Assembly (NCBI GenBank): GCA_030390025.1
Contig: JASTWF010000048.1
Span: 868,001 to 932,000, forward strand
Length of the DNA stretch: 64,000 bases
Origin: Squalus acanthias
Taxonomy: Eukaryota
Direction: 5' to 3'
Position numbers and translations under genes: made by a program. The first letter of the stretch is position 1, and every line of letters begins with the position of its first letter. This document shows, piece after piece, positions 1 through 12,880 of this stretch. Below the pieces are notes generated by a model. That model was not told the origin of the DNA. It saw only the letters and a program-made list of their open reading frames with translations, and did no database searches.

Positions 1-690
1 TAGAGCGAGAGGAAGATAATTCTGCAGCAAATCAAACACAATCAAAATCAGATGGCAAATTCTCTGGACAAACATCATTATTTCCTGTTAACTGTGTTTA
101 TTTGCTGTAGGGGCGATTGCAATTGTTTGTTGCTACTCCCGGCTCTGACACTATGCCAATCAAACTGAAGCCGATTTATACTGACCCGGAACTGTTTGCA
201 AAACCAGCAGCCACCTGATTACGTCTTCCACCACGATTCGTTTCCATTTTCTCCAAAATGCTGCTCATACCTTTCTGATGCCGTGTCAGAATCGACGTGA
301 TCTATACATTTCGCACAGTATTCGTTCAGTTTTTATTTAAAAAAATTGAGAAACGCTTTTCTCCAGCCCCAGGAAACAGGTGTCCAAACCAGGGCATCGC
401 AACTTAGGAAGGATTTCAAGGCCAGACAGAGCTTGCAGGGGAGATGTACCACAATTTTTCCAGAGGGTGAGTGACCTCAGTAATTTGGAGAGACCAGAGA
501 AGCTGGGAGAAGGCGGGGTTGAGAGTGAGGGACCAACAGCATTCAATCAGACTGTAAGGGGGCGGGCACAGAAGTGAGAGGGCAGCATCTGTCAATCAAA
601 CTGAACTGCAGCATCATAAAGCCGCTACTCGACCGCCCGGAGCGCACATTCTTGGTTAGTCCCGGTCCGTTTCTCTTCTGCAAACTGTTA

Positions 691-1128
691 ATGATAATGT
701 ATTTATCCCGGTGTCTGTTGTCTGCGCTGCTGTTGCACAGTAAGTCTCTCTCTGAAGTGCCTGGGCGAAGTTTAAGCAGCAAATGCCAGCGACCCGTTTG
801 TTCTAACCGAATTATTTTCCTCTTATCTGTAGGTGTAGCGAGCGACAAAGTAAAGCAAAGTCCGTTTGTAATCTCCGATTCCCTGCACTCCCCGCTGCAG
901 ATCCGCTGTTCTGCGGCGGGTTCCTTTAGCTCAGTATTTTCGTGGTACCGCCAGCTCCCAGACGGACAGCTGTTGCTGCTCTTCTACTCTCCCAACTCCG
1001 ACAGCATCGAGCCGGCGGGAGAGCTGGACGGTTTCACCGCCTCTAGACTCGACTCCTCCACCTTCCACCTGCAAACGACCGGCCTGCGAGCGAAGCACTC
1101 GGGGGTGTATTACTGCGCCTGGAGCCTT
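691..1128 (+). CDS. TRBV: TCR beta V segment V1 (family A, CAWS type), potentially functional; leader 691-739, intron 740-832, V exon 833-1128
   Basis: Leader MIMYLSRCLLSALLLH/gtaagt; acceptor tgtag; V exon DKVKQSP..IRC..WYRQ..LLFYS..GVYYCAWSL open; perfect 23-RSS follows. Confidence 0.9.
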
Positions 1129-1167
1129 CACAGTGACACAAGGAGCCGGGGCGGTGCAACAAAAACC
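1129..1167 (+). other. 23-RSS of V1
   Basis: CACAGTG + 23 bp + ACAAAAACC (consensus). Confidence 0.97.
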
Positions 1168-1782
1168 CGGTGCAGCAGAGAACGGGCCGCTGCTTTGCTG
1201 GGAGTGGAGTCAACGCAGAGGGTGCATGAGAAGTGACAGCAGCGTTTAGATACAGGAACAGCACGGATAAGATACAGGAACAACACGGATTAGATACAGG
1301 GGCACCTTGGATAAGATATAGGATCTCCACGGGATAGATAGAGAGTAAAGCCCATAATTCACTGATTAAATACAAAATAAAACCCTTCACTCACTCGTCA
1401 GATACAGAGTGTGAAGACCATCGCTCACAAGTTAGACACAGTGTAAAGCATCTCACTCACTGGTTCGAAACAGAATGTGTCGGAGAGACAATATAATTCC
1501 CCTTTCCTCACTCGCTCACCATCACTTCCATCTCCGATGAAGCCTCCGTGTTGATACAGTTTGAAAGAACCCCAGACTCCGCCATCAAAGGGAGCAGACA
1601 GACCGCGGATGACCGGGGGATCTCAATAGCCCCGAGCGGAAATGACCAGCCCGATGTGGGAGCCAATGAATATGTAAAGTGAGATTGTCCCCACCTATCG
1701 GAGCATTCAACGTTGGAGATGAGGGGACAGTAAATGCCACTCAGTGCCCGGAACTTTGAGATATTCTACAATAAAACGGCTC

Positions 1783-1792
1783 AGTGACATCA
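1783..1792 (+). promoter_or_regulatory. TCR V-beta promoter decamer (CRE-like) of V2
   Basis: AGTGACATCA, 34 bp upstream of the leader ATG; matches the mammalian V-beta decamer AGTGAYRTCA. Confidence 0.8.
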
Positions 1793-1826
1793 CACAATAA
1801 ACATTCGGAACTTTCTCTCTGCAGAG

Positions 1827-2675
1827 ATGGCTGTTTCTCAGCTCTGGATTGTGTTGTTGGTGTTAACGGGTAAAGATGGATCTGGGCGATTCTCACTTTT
1901 ATCTCCACCTCTGTCCCCTTTGGGATTAACCGACTCCTTGGCAATTTCAATGCGAGCGTTGGTGTTGATTCTTTTTCCCTCGGTTTACATGTACCTGCCT
2001 CCGTCTCGCTGTCAGTCTGTCTCACTGTCTGTCTCTCTTCTTCTCTCTGGCGCTCTTTCTCTCTTTATCTCTGTGTTGTCTCACTCTCTGACTATCTGTC
2101 TCTGTGTCTCTTCCACTCTCTCTTTCTCTCACCCTTTCTCTTCCTTTGCTCTCTCTCTGCTTGTACTCATTCACGTCAGCTGTTTTTTCTCTCCTTTTTC
2201 ACTCTCTGTATCTCTCTCTGTGTCTCTCGCTCTTTCTGTCTCCCTCTGTATCACTGCGACTACACCTCCCTGAACAAACCTCTCTCTCGCTCTCCCATCT
2301 TGTGCATTTTCATGGCGGGTGTCGATCTATACATTGTCACTGAGTTTACCTCTATCTCTGTCCCTCTGTTTTACAGATGTGGGGGCCGTGCTGATACAAC
2401 AGACCCCCGCTTCCATATCCAGTTCCCCGGGCACCCAAGTTACCATCGAGTGCCTTTACACAGAAGCAGCAGCTGGCTCCGTTTTCTACTGGTACCGCTG
2501 GCATCCTGACCGGGAGCCTCAGAACCTTTTCTATTCCAACATCCCCGAAACGGTCACTCCCTCCGGTCAGGTGGACGGTTTCACCGCCAGGAGACCCGAC
2601 CACACCCATTTCTACCTGGAGTCCACCAGTCTGCGGGCAAATAACTCGGCCGTCTATTACTGCGCTTGGAGTCTG
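1827..2675 (+). CDS. TRBV: TCR beta V segment V2 (family B, CAWS type), potentially functional; leader 1827-1869, V exon 2377-2675
   Basis: Leader MAVSQLWIVLLVLT/gtaaag; CT-rich intron; ttacag acceptor; VLIQQTP..IEC..WYRW..AVYYCAWSL open. Confidence 0.9.
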
Positions 2676-2714
2676 CACAGTGACTCAGAGAGATGGAGGA
2701 GCTCTACAAAAACC
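2676..2714 (+). other. 23-RSS of V2
   Basis: CACAGTG + 23 bp + ACAAAAACC. Confidence 0.97.
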
Positions 2715-2761
2715 CCGAAGCGGCAGCAAGTAACTGTGGGAAATAGATCTGTATTTTTGTC

Positions 2762-3712
2762 CATGAATCATAGTGTCACAGAAACATAACGGCACACATT
2801 GAGGCCTTCGGCTCATCGAGTCCCTGCCTGTTCTCTGTAGAGCAATCCAATCGGACCCATTCCCCCGCTCTATCCCCGTAGTCCTGCAAGTTAATTTCCC
2901 TCAAGTGCCTATCCAGTCTCCCCTTGAAAACATTGAATGTCTCCACTTCCACCACTTCCGTCGGCAACGAGTTCCATGTCCTCACCACTCGCTGCATAAA
3001 AAAAGTTTTTCATCACGTCCACCCTGTATCTCTTGCGCAAAATCTTACACTTGTGTCCCCTTGTCCTTCTACCATCAATTATTGGGTACAACCTTTCCCC
3101 GTCTAGCCTATCCAAACCCGTCAAAATCTTGTACACCTCTATCAAATCACCCCTCAACCTCCTTTGCTCGAATGAAAACAAATCCAGCTTCTCCAACCTG
3201 TCCTTGCAGCTAAGATCCCCGGAACCATTCTGGTAAATATCCTCTGCACCCTCTCAAGGACCTTCACATCCTTCCTAAAGTGTGGTTACCAGAACTGGAC
3301 GTTAAACTCCAGTTGTGGCCTAACAAGCGCTTTTTAAGTTCAGCATAACTCATCTACTTTTGTACTCAATACCTCTATTTAAGAAGCCCAAGATCCCATA
3401 TGCTTTGCTGACCACATTCTCAATATGTCCTGCCACCTTCAGGGACCGATGCACATTAACTCCCATGTCCCTCTGTCCCCGCACACACTTCAAAACTGTG
3501 CCAAAAATTGTATATTCCACTGTTCCTTCTGCCAAAATGCATCGCATCACACTTCTCTGTATTAAGTTCCATCTGCCACTTGCCTGACCATTCTGCTGGA
3601 CTTTCTATCTCCTGTTGCAGTCGATTGGTATCATCATCACTGTTTGCCACGCCCCCAAGTTTGCAGTCATCGGCAAATTTAGAAATTCTACTCTGTATTC
3701 CAATATCCAGTC
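2762..3712 (-). mobile_element. CR1-like LINE 3' fragment (degenerate RT)
   Basis: Minus-strand peptides ISKFADDCKLGG and LFSFEQRRLRGDLIEVYKI; paralog at ~8918-9841. Confidence 0.85.
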
Positions 3713-4658
3713 TGTCTGTGTGTCTCTTCATCAATCCATCCATCTATCTGGCAACGATCTATCTATCGAAAGCTCATCTATCTGCCTAAATAACTATCTA
3801 TATAGCATCTCTCTATCGATGTATCTATCTATCCATCTATTTATCTACTGCTATTCTGTACATCATGTTGTATGAAAATTGATATATATAGGATTGAATT
3901 TGTATTGATATAGATTCATCGTCTCACTCTCTTTCACTTCAGATTATTTCAATACTGTATCAAGGTTTCGGATGACATCGTCGTTGAGGTATCCTTTACA
4001 TTTTAACAACAGATCATGAGGTTTGGTAAATGGGTTAGTGTAAGTGTTGAATGAACGACCGGTGTAATATTAGAGGGAGTTACGCATAGCTCCTGACTAT
4101 ACCAATGTTTCTCAAGCTCACGCTATCAGAGGACGTGCTTATCCCAAATGTTATTTTCGCTATCGCAATAGCGACGAGCGCTGCGCTCATTATCACAGAA
4201 TCATAGAATGAAACAGCACAGAAGGTGGCCATTCGGTCCATCGTGACTGTGTTGGATCTTTGAAAGAGCTATCCAATTATTCACTTGCGCTTGACCCGTT
4301 CCCCAGCGCCCTGAAAGGATTTCCCCTTGAAGTATGTTTCCAATTCGTTTTTGAAAGTTACAATTGAATCTGCTCCCAACACGCTTTCAGGTAGCGCATT
4401 CCACATTATAACAACTTGTTGAGTACAGAAGTTCAACTCATCACGGGCTCTGGTTCTTTAGGTAATTACCTGAACTCAGTGTCCTCTAGTTTTCTTGCAG
4501 TAACCTCCATGTAATTTTATGTAGCAAGCGTCAGCGTCTGAAGGAGGGGAGAAAATAATTGGAAGCAGGATCAATTAGCCGACACGAACTGAAAATGCCT
4601 ACGATATCGGTTGTACTGAGAAAACCTCAAAACCTCAGTTGCTTATAGTTGTGAGTTC

Positions 4659-4677
4659 TAGACACTAGGTGGCGGTG
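4659..4677 (+). promoter_or_regulatory. CTCF-like site
   Basis: TAGACACTAGGTGGCGGTG; paralog of the site at 10773. Confidence 0.55.
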
Positions 4678-5042
4678 TATCTCCATAGAATCCTGTGCCA
4701 CAAAATGCTTTGGCACCGAATGAGGAATCGCGCCGCAGATCTACGAATCCCCTTAATGATCAACTCCGCTGGTTCTGTAACCCTTTCACGTTCCGACCAT
4801 TTTGCACCAAAATGCAGTTAGACTTCCTCATGTCTGCTCTTTTATAGTGACGTGACATGAGAAACGCCTGTAAATCAATGAGCACTGTAGTTCTCTCACT
4901 GCTTGTTTGATTTGCATCAGGAACTTAATAAACTGCACATTGTGATTCATTAAATAAGAAGGACTGGAAGGAAGCGAAGGGAGAGGGAAAGAAGGCAAAG
5001 CTTGAATGAAAAAGGTGAGAAAGAAACAAGGGAGAACGATAA

Positions 5043-6095
5043 ACGGATCATTTTCAGGTTGTCAGGCAGTAACTAGTGGGATGCAGCAAGGATCAGTGTT
5101 GGGCCTCAGCTATTTATAATCTATATTAATGACCTATATGAAGGGACCGTGTGTAATGTTTCCAAGATTGATGATGATACAAACATAGGTGGGACAGTAA
5201 GCTGTGAGGAGAAAACAAAGAGACTGCAAAGGGTTATAGATAGATTTATTGAGTGAATGGTAAGGTGGCAGATGGAGTATAATGTCGGGAAATGTGAGGT
5301 TATTTACTTTGATAGGAAGAATAGAAAAACAGATTTTTTTTAAATGGTGAGAAACTTTCAAATGTTGGTGTTCAGAGAGCTTTGGGTGTCCTCGTGCAAT
5401 AAACCCAGAACGTTTTCATGCACATACAGCAAGCAATACGGAAGGCAAATAGCATGTTGACCTTTATTGCAAGGGGGTTGCAGTCTAAGAGTAAGGAAGT
5501 CTTGCTACAATTGTACAGGGCCATGGTGTGACCACACCTGGAGTACTGCGCACAGTTCTGGTCTCCTTATCTAAGGAAGGATATACTTGCCTTGGAGGCG
5601 GTGCAACGAATGTTCACTAGATTGATTCCTGGGACGAGAGATCTGTCCTATGATGAGAGATTGTGTAGAATGGTACTATACTCTCTGGAGTTTAGAAGAA
5701 TGAGAGGTGACCTCATTTAAACATACAATATCCTGAATGGGATTGACAGGGTAGATGCTGAGAGGTTGTTTCCCCTGACTGGAGTATCTAGAACTAGCGG
5801 GCATAGTCTCAGGATAAGGGGTAGGCCATTTAAGACTAAGATGAGGAAGAATTACTTCACTCAGATGGTTGTGAATCTTTGGAATTCTCTGCCCCAGAGG
5901 TCTATGAATGCTGAGTCTTTGAGTATATTCAAGGCTGAGATAGATAGATTGTTGAACTCCAAGGAAATCGAGAGATATGGAGATCGGGCGGGAAAGTGGA
6001 GTTGTGATCGATGATCAGCCATGATCTTATTGAATGGCGGAGTAGGCTCGAGAGGCCGTATGGCCTACTCCCGCTCTTACTTCTTATGATCTTAT
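5043..6095 (+). mobile_element. CR1-like LINE 3' fragment
   Basis: Degenerate RT C-terminal coding sequence (..VVNLWNSLPQR..) plus 3' UTR; paralog at ~11130-12195. Confidence 0.85.
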
Positions 6096-6858
6096 GAAAG
6101 AGAGCATCAAATAAAGACTGTAAAGAATGCAAAAAGAATGAGAGAAATTTAAAGAGAGAGAACGAAATAGAGCGAGATAAAGGTAATTCTGCACCAAACA
6201 CATCACCATCAAAATCAGATGGCAAATTCTCTGGAAAATTATCAATTTTTCCTGTTAATTGTGTTTTTAATTGCTGTCGGGACGATTGCAACTGTTTGAT
6301 GCAACTTCCGGCTCTGACACTATGGCAATCAAACTGAAGCCGATTTATACTGAACCGGAACTGTTTGCAAAACCAGCAGCCACCTGATTACGTCTTCCAC
6401 CAATATGCGTTTCCATTTTCTCCAAAATACTGCTCATACATTTTGATGCCGTGTCAGAATCGACGTGATCTATACATTTCTCACAGTATTCGTTCTGTTT
6501 TTATTTTAAAAAATTGAGAAACGGTTTTCTCAAGCCCCAGGAAACAGGTGTCCAAACCTGGGCATCGCAACTTAGGAACGATTTCAAGGCCATACAGAGC
6601 TTGCAGGGGAGATGTACCACAATTTTTCCAGAGGGTGAGTGACCTCAGTAATTTGGAGAGACCAGAGAAGCTGGGAGAAGGCGGGGATGAGAGTGAGGGA
6701 CCAGCAGCATTCAATCAGACTGTAAGGGGGCGGGCACAGAAGTGAGCTGGCAGCATCTGTCAATCAAACTGAACTGCAGCATCATAAAGCCGCTAGTCGA
6801 CCGCCCGGAGCGCACATTCTTGCTTAATCCCGGTCCGTTTCTCTTCTGCAAACTGTTA

Positions 6859-7295
6859 ATGAAAATGTATTTATCCCGGTGTCTCTTGTCAGCGCTGCTG
6901 TTGCACAGTAAGTCTCTCTCTGAAGTGCCTGGGCGGAGTTTAGCAGCAAATGCAAGCGACCCGATTGTTTTAACAGAATTATTTTCCTCTTATCTGTAGG
7001 TGCAGCGAGCGACAAAGTACAGCATAGTCCGTTTGTAATCTCCGATTCCCTGCTCTCCCCGCTGCAGATCCGCTGTTCTGCGGCGGGTTCCTTCAGCTCA
7101 GTGTTTTCGTAGAACCGCCAGCTCCCAGACGGACAGCTGTTGCTGCTCTTCTATTCTCCCAACTCCGACAGCATCGAGCCGGCGGGAGAGCTGGACGGTT
7201 TCACCGCCTCTAGACTCGACTCCTCCACCTTCCACCTGCAAACGACCGGCCTGCGACCGAACCACTCGGGGGTGTATTACTGCGCCTGGAGCCTT
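6859..7295 (+). pseudogene. TRBV: TCR beta V pseudogene V3 (family A); leader 6859-6907, V exon 7000-7295
   Basis: Conserved FR2 Trp codon is TAG (7110-7112) and the next Tyr is Asn; otherwise a near copy of V1. Confidence 0.9.
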
Positions 7296-7334
7296 CACAG
7301 TGTCACAAGGAGCCGGGGCGGTGCAACATAAACC
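7296..7334 (+). other. 23-RSS of V3
   Basis: CACAGTG + 23 bp + ACATAAACC (nonamer mismatch). Confidence 0.9.
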
Positions 7335-7950
7335 CGGCGCAGCAGAGAACGGGCCGCTGCTTTGCTGGGAGAGGAGTCAACGCAGAGGGTGCATGAGAAG
7401 GGACAGCAGGGTTTAGATACAGCAACAGCACGGATAAGATACAGGAACAACACGGATTAGATGCAGGGGCATCTCGGATAAGATATAGGATCTCCACGGG
7501 ATAGATAGAGAGTAAAGCCCATCATTCACTGATTAAATACAAAATAAAACCCTTCACTCACTCGTCAGATACAGAGTGTGAAGACCATCGCTCACAAGTT
7601 AGACACAGTGTAAAGCACCTCACTCACTGGTTCGATACAGAATGAGTCGGAGAGACAATATAACTACCCTTTCCTCACTCGCTCACCATCACTTCCATCT
7701 CCGATGAAGCCTCCGTGTTGTTACAGTTTGAAAGAACCCCAGACTCCGCCATCAAATGGACCAGCCAGACCGCGGATGACCGGAGGATCTCATTAGCCCC
7801 GCCCCGGAAATAATCAGCCCGATGTGGGAGCCAATGGATATGTAAAGTGAGATTGTCCCCACCTGTCGGAGCATTCAACATTGGAGAGGAGGGGGCAGTA
7901 AATTTCACTCAGTGCACAGAACTTTGAGATATTCTACAATAAAACGGCTC

Positions 7951-7960
7951 AGTGACATCA
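7951..7960 (+). promoter_or_regulatory. V-beta decamer of V4
   Basis: AGTGACATCA. Confidence 0.8.
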
Positions 7961-7994
7961 CACAATAAACATTCGGAACTTTCTCTCTGCAGAG

Positions 7995-8827
7995 ATGGCT
8001 GTTTCTCAGCTCTGGATTCTGTTGTTGGTGTTAACGGGTAAAGATGATCTGGCCGATTCTCACTTTTATTTCCACCTGTGTCCCCTTTGGGATTAACCGA
8101 CTCCTTGGCAATTTCAATGCGAGCGTTGGTGTTGATTCTCTTTCCCTCGGTTTACATGTACCTGCCTCCGTCTCGCTGTCAGTCTGTCTCACTGTCTGTC
8201 TTTCTTCCTCTCTCTGGCGCTCTTTCTCTCTTTATCTCTGTCTGTCTCTGTGTCTCTTCCATTCTCTCTTTGTCTCACTCTTTCTCTTCGTTTGCCCTCT
8301 CTCTCTCCGCTTGTGCTCCTTCACGTCGGCTGGTTTATCTCTCCTTTTTCACGCTCTGTATCTCTCTCTCTTCCTCTCGCTCTTTCTCTGTCTCCCTCTG
8401 AATCACTGCGACTATACCTCCCTTAACAAACCTCTCTTTCGCTCTCCCATCCTGTGCATTTTCATGGCGGATGTCGATCTATACATTGTCACTGAGTTTA
8501 CCTCTATCTCTTTCCCTCTGTTTTACAGATGTGGGGGCCGTGCTGATACAACAGACCCCCGCTTCCATATCCAGTTCCCCGGGCACCCAAGTTACCATCG
8601 AATGCCTTTACACAGAAGCAGCAGCTGGCTCCTATTTCTACTGGTACCGGTGGCATCCTGACCAGGAGCCGCAGAACCTTTTCTATTCCAGCATCCCTGA
8701 AACGGTCACTCCCTCCGGTCAGGTGGACGGTTTCACCGCCAGGAGACCCGACCACACACACTTCTACCTGGAATCCACCAGTCTGCGGGCAAATAACTCT
8801 GCCGTGTATTACTGCGCCTGGAGTCTG
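7995..8827 (+). CDS. TRBV: TCR beta V segment V4 (family B), potentially functional; leader 7995-8037, V exon 8529-8827
   Basis: Intact leader, splice sites and V frame ending YYCAWSL. Confidence 0.88.
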
Positions 8828-8866
8828 CACAGTAACTCAGACAGATGGAGGAGCTCTACAAAAACC
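8828..8866 (+). other. 23-RSS of V4
   Basis: CACAGTA + 23 bp + ACAAAAACC. Confidence 0.93.
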
Positions 8867-8917
8867 CCGAAGCGGCAGCAAATAACTGTGGGAAATAGAT
8901 CTGTCTTTTTGTCTTTG

Positions 8918-9841
8918 CGTCATAGTGTCACAGAAAAATAACGGCACACAAGGAGGCCTATGGCCTTTCGAGTCCGCGCCGACTCTCTGTAGAGCAATCA
9001 AGTCATTCCCATTCCCCTGCCCTATCCCCGTAGCCCTGCAAGATAATTTCCCTCATTTAGTGTCTCCGCTTCCAGCACATCCGTCGTCAGCGAGTTACAT
9101 GTCATCACCACTCGCTGCATAAAACAGTTTTTCCTCACAAACGCCCCTGTATCTCTTGCCCAAAATCTTATATCTGTGCCATATAGTCCTTGTACCAACA
9201 ACCAGTGGGAACAGCCTTTCCCCGTCTAGCCTATCCAAACCCGCCATCACCTTGTACACCTCTATCAAATTATCCCTCAACCTCCTTTGCTCTAATGAAA
9301 ACAGATCCAGCTTCTCCAAACTGTCCTTGCAGCTAAGATCCCCGGAACCATTCTGGTAAATCTCCTCTGCACCCTCTCACGGGCCTTCAGATCCTTCCTA
9401 AAGTGTGGTTATCAGAACTGGACGTTAAACTCCAGTTGTGGCCTCACAAGCACTTTATAAAGGTTCAGCACAGCTCATCTACTTTTGTACTAAATACCTC
9501 TATTTAAGAAGCCCAAGATCCCATAAGCTTTGCTAACCACTCTCTCAATATGTCCTGCCACCATCAGGGACCTATGCACATTAATTCCCATGTCCCTCTG
9601 TCCCTGCACACACTTCAAAACTGTGCCACTAAGTGTATATTGCCTCTCCCTGTTAATTCTGCCAAAATGCATCGCATCACACTTCTCTGTATTAAGTTCC
9701 ATCTGCAACTTGTCTGCCCATTCTGCTAGCCTTTCTATATCCTGTTGCAGTCGATTGGTATCATTATCACTGTTTGCCAGACCCCCAAGTTTGCTGTAAT
9801 CGACAAATTTAGAAATTCTACTCAGTATTCCAATATCCAGT
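8918..9841 (-). mobile_element. CR1-like LINE 3' fragment
   Basis: Paralog of 2762-3712; ORFs 9095-9319 and 9490-9873 are RT remnants. Confidence 0.85.
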
Positions 9842-10772
9842 CTGTCTGTGTGTCTCTTCATCAATCCATCCATCTATCTGGTAACGATCTATCTATCGAA
9901 AGCTCATCTATCTGCCTAAATAACTATCTATATGGCATCTCTCTATCGATGTATCTATCTATCCATCTATTTATCTGCTGCTATTCTGTACATAATGTTG
10001 TATGAAACTTGATATATATTGGTTTGAATTTGTATTGATATAGATTCATCGTCTTACTCTCTTTCACTTCAGATTATTTCAAAACTGTACCAAGATTTCG
10101 GATGTCATTCTCGTATCTTTTACATTTTAACAACAGATGTGGTAAGCGGGCTCCTGTTAGTGTTGAATCAACGACCGGTGTCATATTAGAGGGAGTTACG
10201 CATAACTGCCGACTATGCCAATGTTTCTCAAGCTCACGCTATCAGAGAATGTGCTTATCCCAACTGTTATTTTCGCTATCGCAATAGCGACGAGCGCTGC
10301 GCTCATTATCACAGAATCATAGAATGATACAGCACAGAAGGTGGCCATTCGGTCCATCGTTCCTGTGTTGGCTCTTTGAAAGAGCTATCCAATTATGCCC
10401 TTTTCCATGACCCGTTCCCCATAGCCCTGAAAGGATTTCCCCTTCAAGCATGTTTCCAATTCGTTTTCGAAAGTTACAATTGAATCTGCTCCCACCACGT
10501 TTTCAGTAGCGCATTCCACATTATAACAACTCGATGAGAACAGAAGTTCAACTCATCACGGGCTCTGGTTGTTTAGGTAATTACCTTAACTCAGTGTCCT
10601 CTAGTTTCCTTGCAGTAACGTCGATGTAATTATATGTAACAAGCGTCAACGTCTGAAGGAGGGGAGAAAATAATTGGAAGCAGGATCAATTAGCCGACAC
10701 GACCTGAAAATGCCGACGATACCGGTTGTACTGGGAAAACCTCAAAACTCAGTTGCTAATAGTTGGACGTTC

Positions 10773-10791
10773 TAGCCACTAGGTGGCGCTG
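10773..10791 (+). promoter_or_regulatory. CTCF site (near consensus)
   Basis: TAGCCACTAGGTGGCGCTG vs core CCASYAGRKGGCRS. Confidence 0.75.
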
Positions 10792-11129
10792 CATCTCCAT
10801 TGAATCCTTCGCCACGACCTGCTTTGGCACCGAATGAGCAATCCCGCCGCAGATCTACGAATTCCCTTAATGTTCAACTCCACTCGTTCTGTAACCCTTT
10901 CAAGTTCCGAACATTTTGCACCCATGTCTGCTCTTTTATAGTGACGTGACATGAGAAACGCCTGTAAATGAATGCCCACCGTATTTCTTTCACTGCTTGT
11001 TTGATTTGCATCAGGAACTGAATAAACTGCACATTCTGATTGTTTAAATAAGAAAGACAGGAAGGAAGCGAAGAGAGAGGGAAAGAAGGCAAAGCTTTAA
11101 TGAAAAAGGTGAGAAAGAAACAAGAGAGA

Positions 11130-12195
11130 AGGATAATTGACCTTTTTCAGGTTGGCAGGCTGTAACTAGTGGGGTGCAGCAAGGATCAGTGCTGGGGCCT
11201 CAGCTATTTATAATCTATATTAATGACCTAGATGAAGGGACCGAGTGCAATGTATCCAAGATTGATGATGATACAAAGCTAGGTGGGACAGTAAGCTGTG
11301 AGTAGAACACAAAGAGACTGCAAAAGGTTATAGAAAGATAAGTGCGTGGACAGTAAGGTGGCAGATGGAGTATAATGTCGGGAATGTGAGGTTATTTACT
11401 TTGATAGGAAGAATAGAAAAACAGAATAATTTTAAATGGTGAGAAACTTTCAAATATTGGTGTTCAGAGAGATTTGGGTGTCCTCGTGCAATAAACCCAG
11501 AAAGTTTCCATGCAGGTACAGCAAGGAATACTGAAGGTAAACAGCATGTTGGCCTTTATTGCAAGGGGGTTGCAGTCTAAGAGTAAGGAAGTCTTGCTAC
11601 AATTGTACAGGGCCTTGGTGAGACCATACCTGGAGTACTGTTAACAGTTTTGTTCACCTTATCTAAGGAACGATATACTTGCCTTGGAGGCGGTGCAACA
11701 AAGGTTCACTCGATTGATTCCTGGGATGAGAGGGCAGTTCTCTTATTAGAGATTGTGTAGAATGGGCCTATACTCTCTGGAGTTTAGAAGAATGAGAGGT
11801 GATCTCATTGAAACATACAAGATTCTGAAGGGGATTGACAGGGTAGAAGCTGAATGGTTGATGCCCCTGACTGGAGTGTTTGGAACTAGGAGGCATAGTC
11901 TCAGGATAAAGGGTAGGCAATTTAAGACTAATCTGAGGAAGAATTTCTTCACTCAGAGGCTTGTGAATCTTTGGAATTCTCTGCCCGAAAGGGCTGTAAA
12001 TGCTGAGTCTTTTGAGTATATTCAAGGCTGAGATAAATAGATTTTTGAACTCTAGGGGAATCAAGGGCTATCGAGACCGGGCGGGAAAGTGGAGTTGAGA
12101 TCGATGATCAGCCATGATCTTATTGAATGACGCAGCAGGCTCGAGGAGCCGTATGGCCTACTTCTGTTCTTACTTCTTATATTCTTATGTTCTTA
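11130..12195 (+). mobile_element. CR1-like LINE 3' fragment
   Basis: ORF 11753-12031 GLYSLEFRRMRGDLIETYKILKG. Confidence 0.85.
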
Positions 12196-12880
12196 TGAAA
12201 CAATGCAGCAAAGAAGGACAGTAAAGAATGCAAAAAGAATGAGAGATGTTTAATGAGAGAGAAAGAAATAGACCGAGAGAAAGGTAATTCTGCATCAAAT
12301 CAAACACCATCGAAATCAGATGGCAAATTACCTGGACAAATATCATTATTTCCAGTGAATTGTGTTTAGTTGCTGTCGGGACGTTTGCGACTGTTTGATG
12401 CAACTTCCGGCTTTGACACTATGCCAATCAAACTGATCTGATTTATGCTGAATCGGAACTGTTTGGAAAAGCAGCAGCAACCTGATTACATCTTCCACCA
12501 CGATGCGTTTCAATTTCAATTTTTGTTTTTAAATATTGAGAAACGGTTTTCTCCAGCCCCAGGAAACAGGTGTCCAAACCTGGGCACCTCAAATTAGGAA
12601 GGATGTCAAGGCCTTACAGACCTTGCAGGGGAGATGTACCACCATTTTTCCAGAGGGTGAGTGAGTTTCGTAATTTGGAGAAACCAGAGAACCTGGGAGG
12701 AGGCGGGGATGAGAGTGAGGGACCAACAGCTGTCAATCAGACCGTAAGAGGGCGGGCACAGAAGTGAGTGGGCAGCAGCTGTCAATCAAACTGAACTGCA
12801 GCGTCGTAAAGCCGCTACCCGGCCGCCCGGAGCGCACATACTTGCACAATTCTGGTCCATTTCTCTTGCGAAAACTGTTA

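Noticed and set aside
1108-1117. Embedded cryptic heptamer for V replacement at YYC
   Set aside because: Cys is encoded TGC (TACTGCG), not the TACTGTG that provides CAC on the other strand
1827-2273. Hydrophobic Leu/Ser-rich ORFs (also 8044-8661 and 14981-15625)
   Set aside because: Read-through of CT-microsatellite introns of family-B genes
4910-4917. Ig-type octamer ATTTGCAT (also 11004-11011)
   Set aside because: Far from any leader, and homologous modules at ~21529 and ~44181 read ATTTGCAA; likely chance
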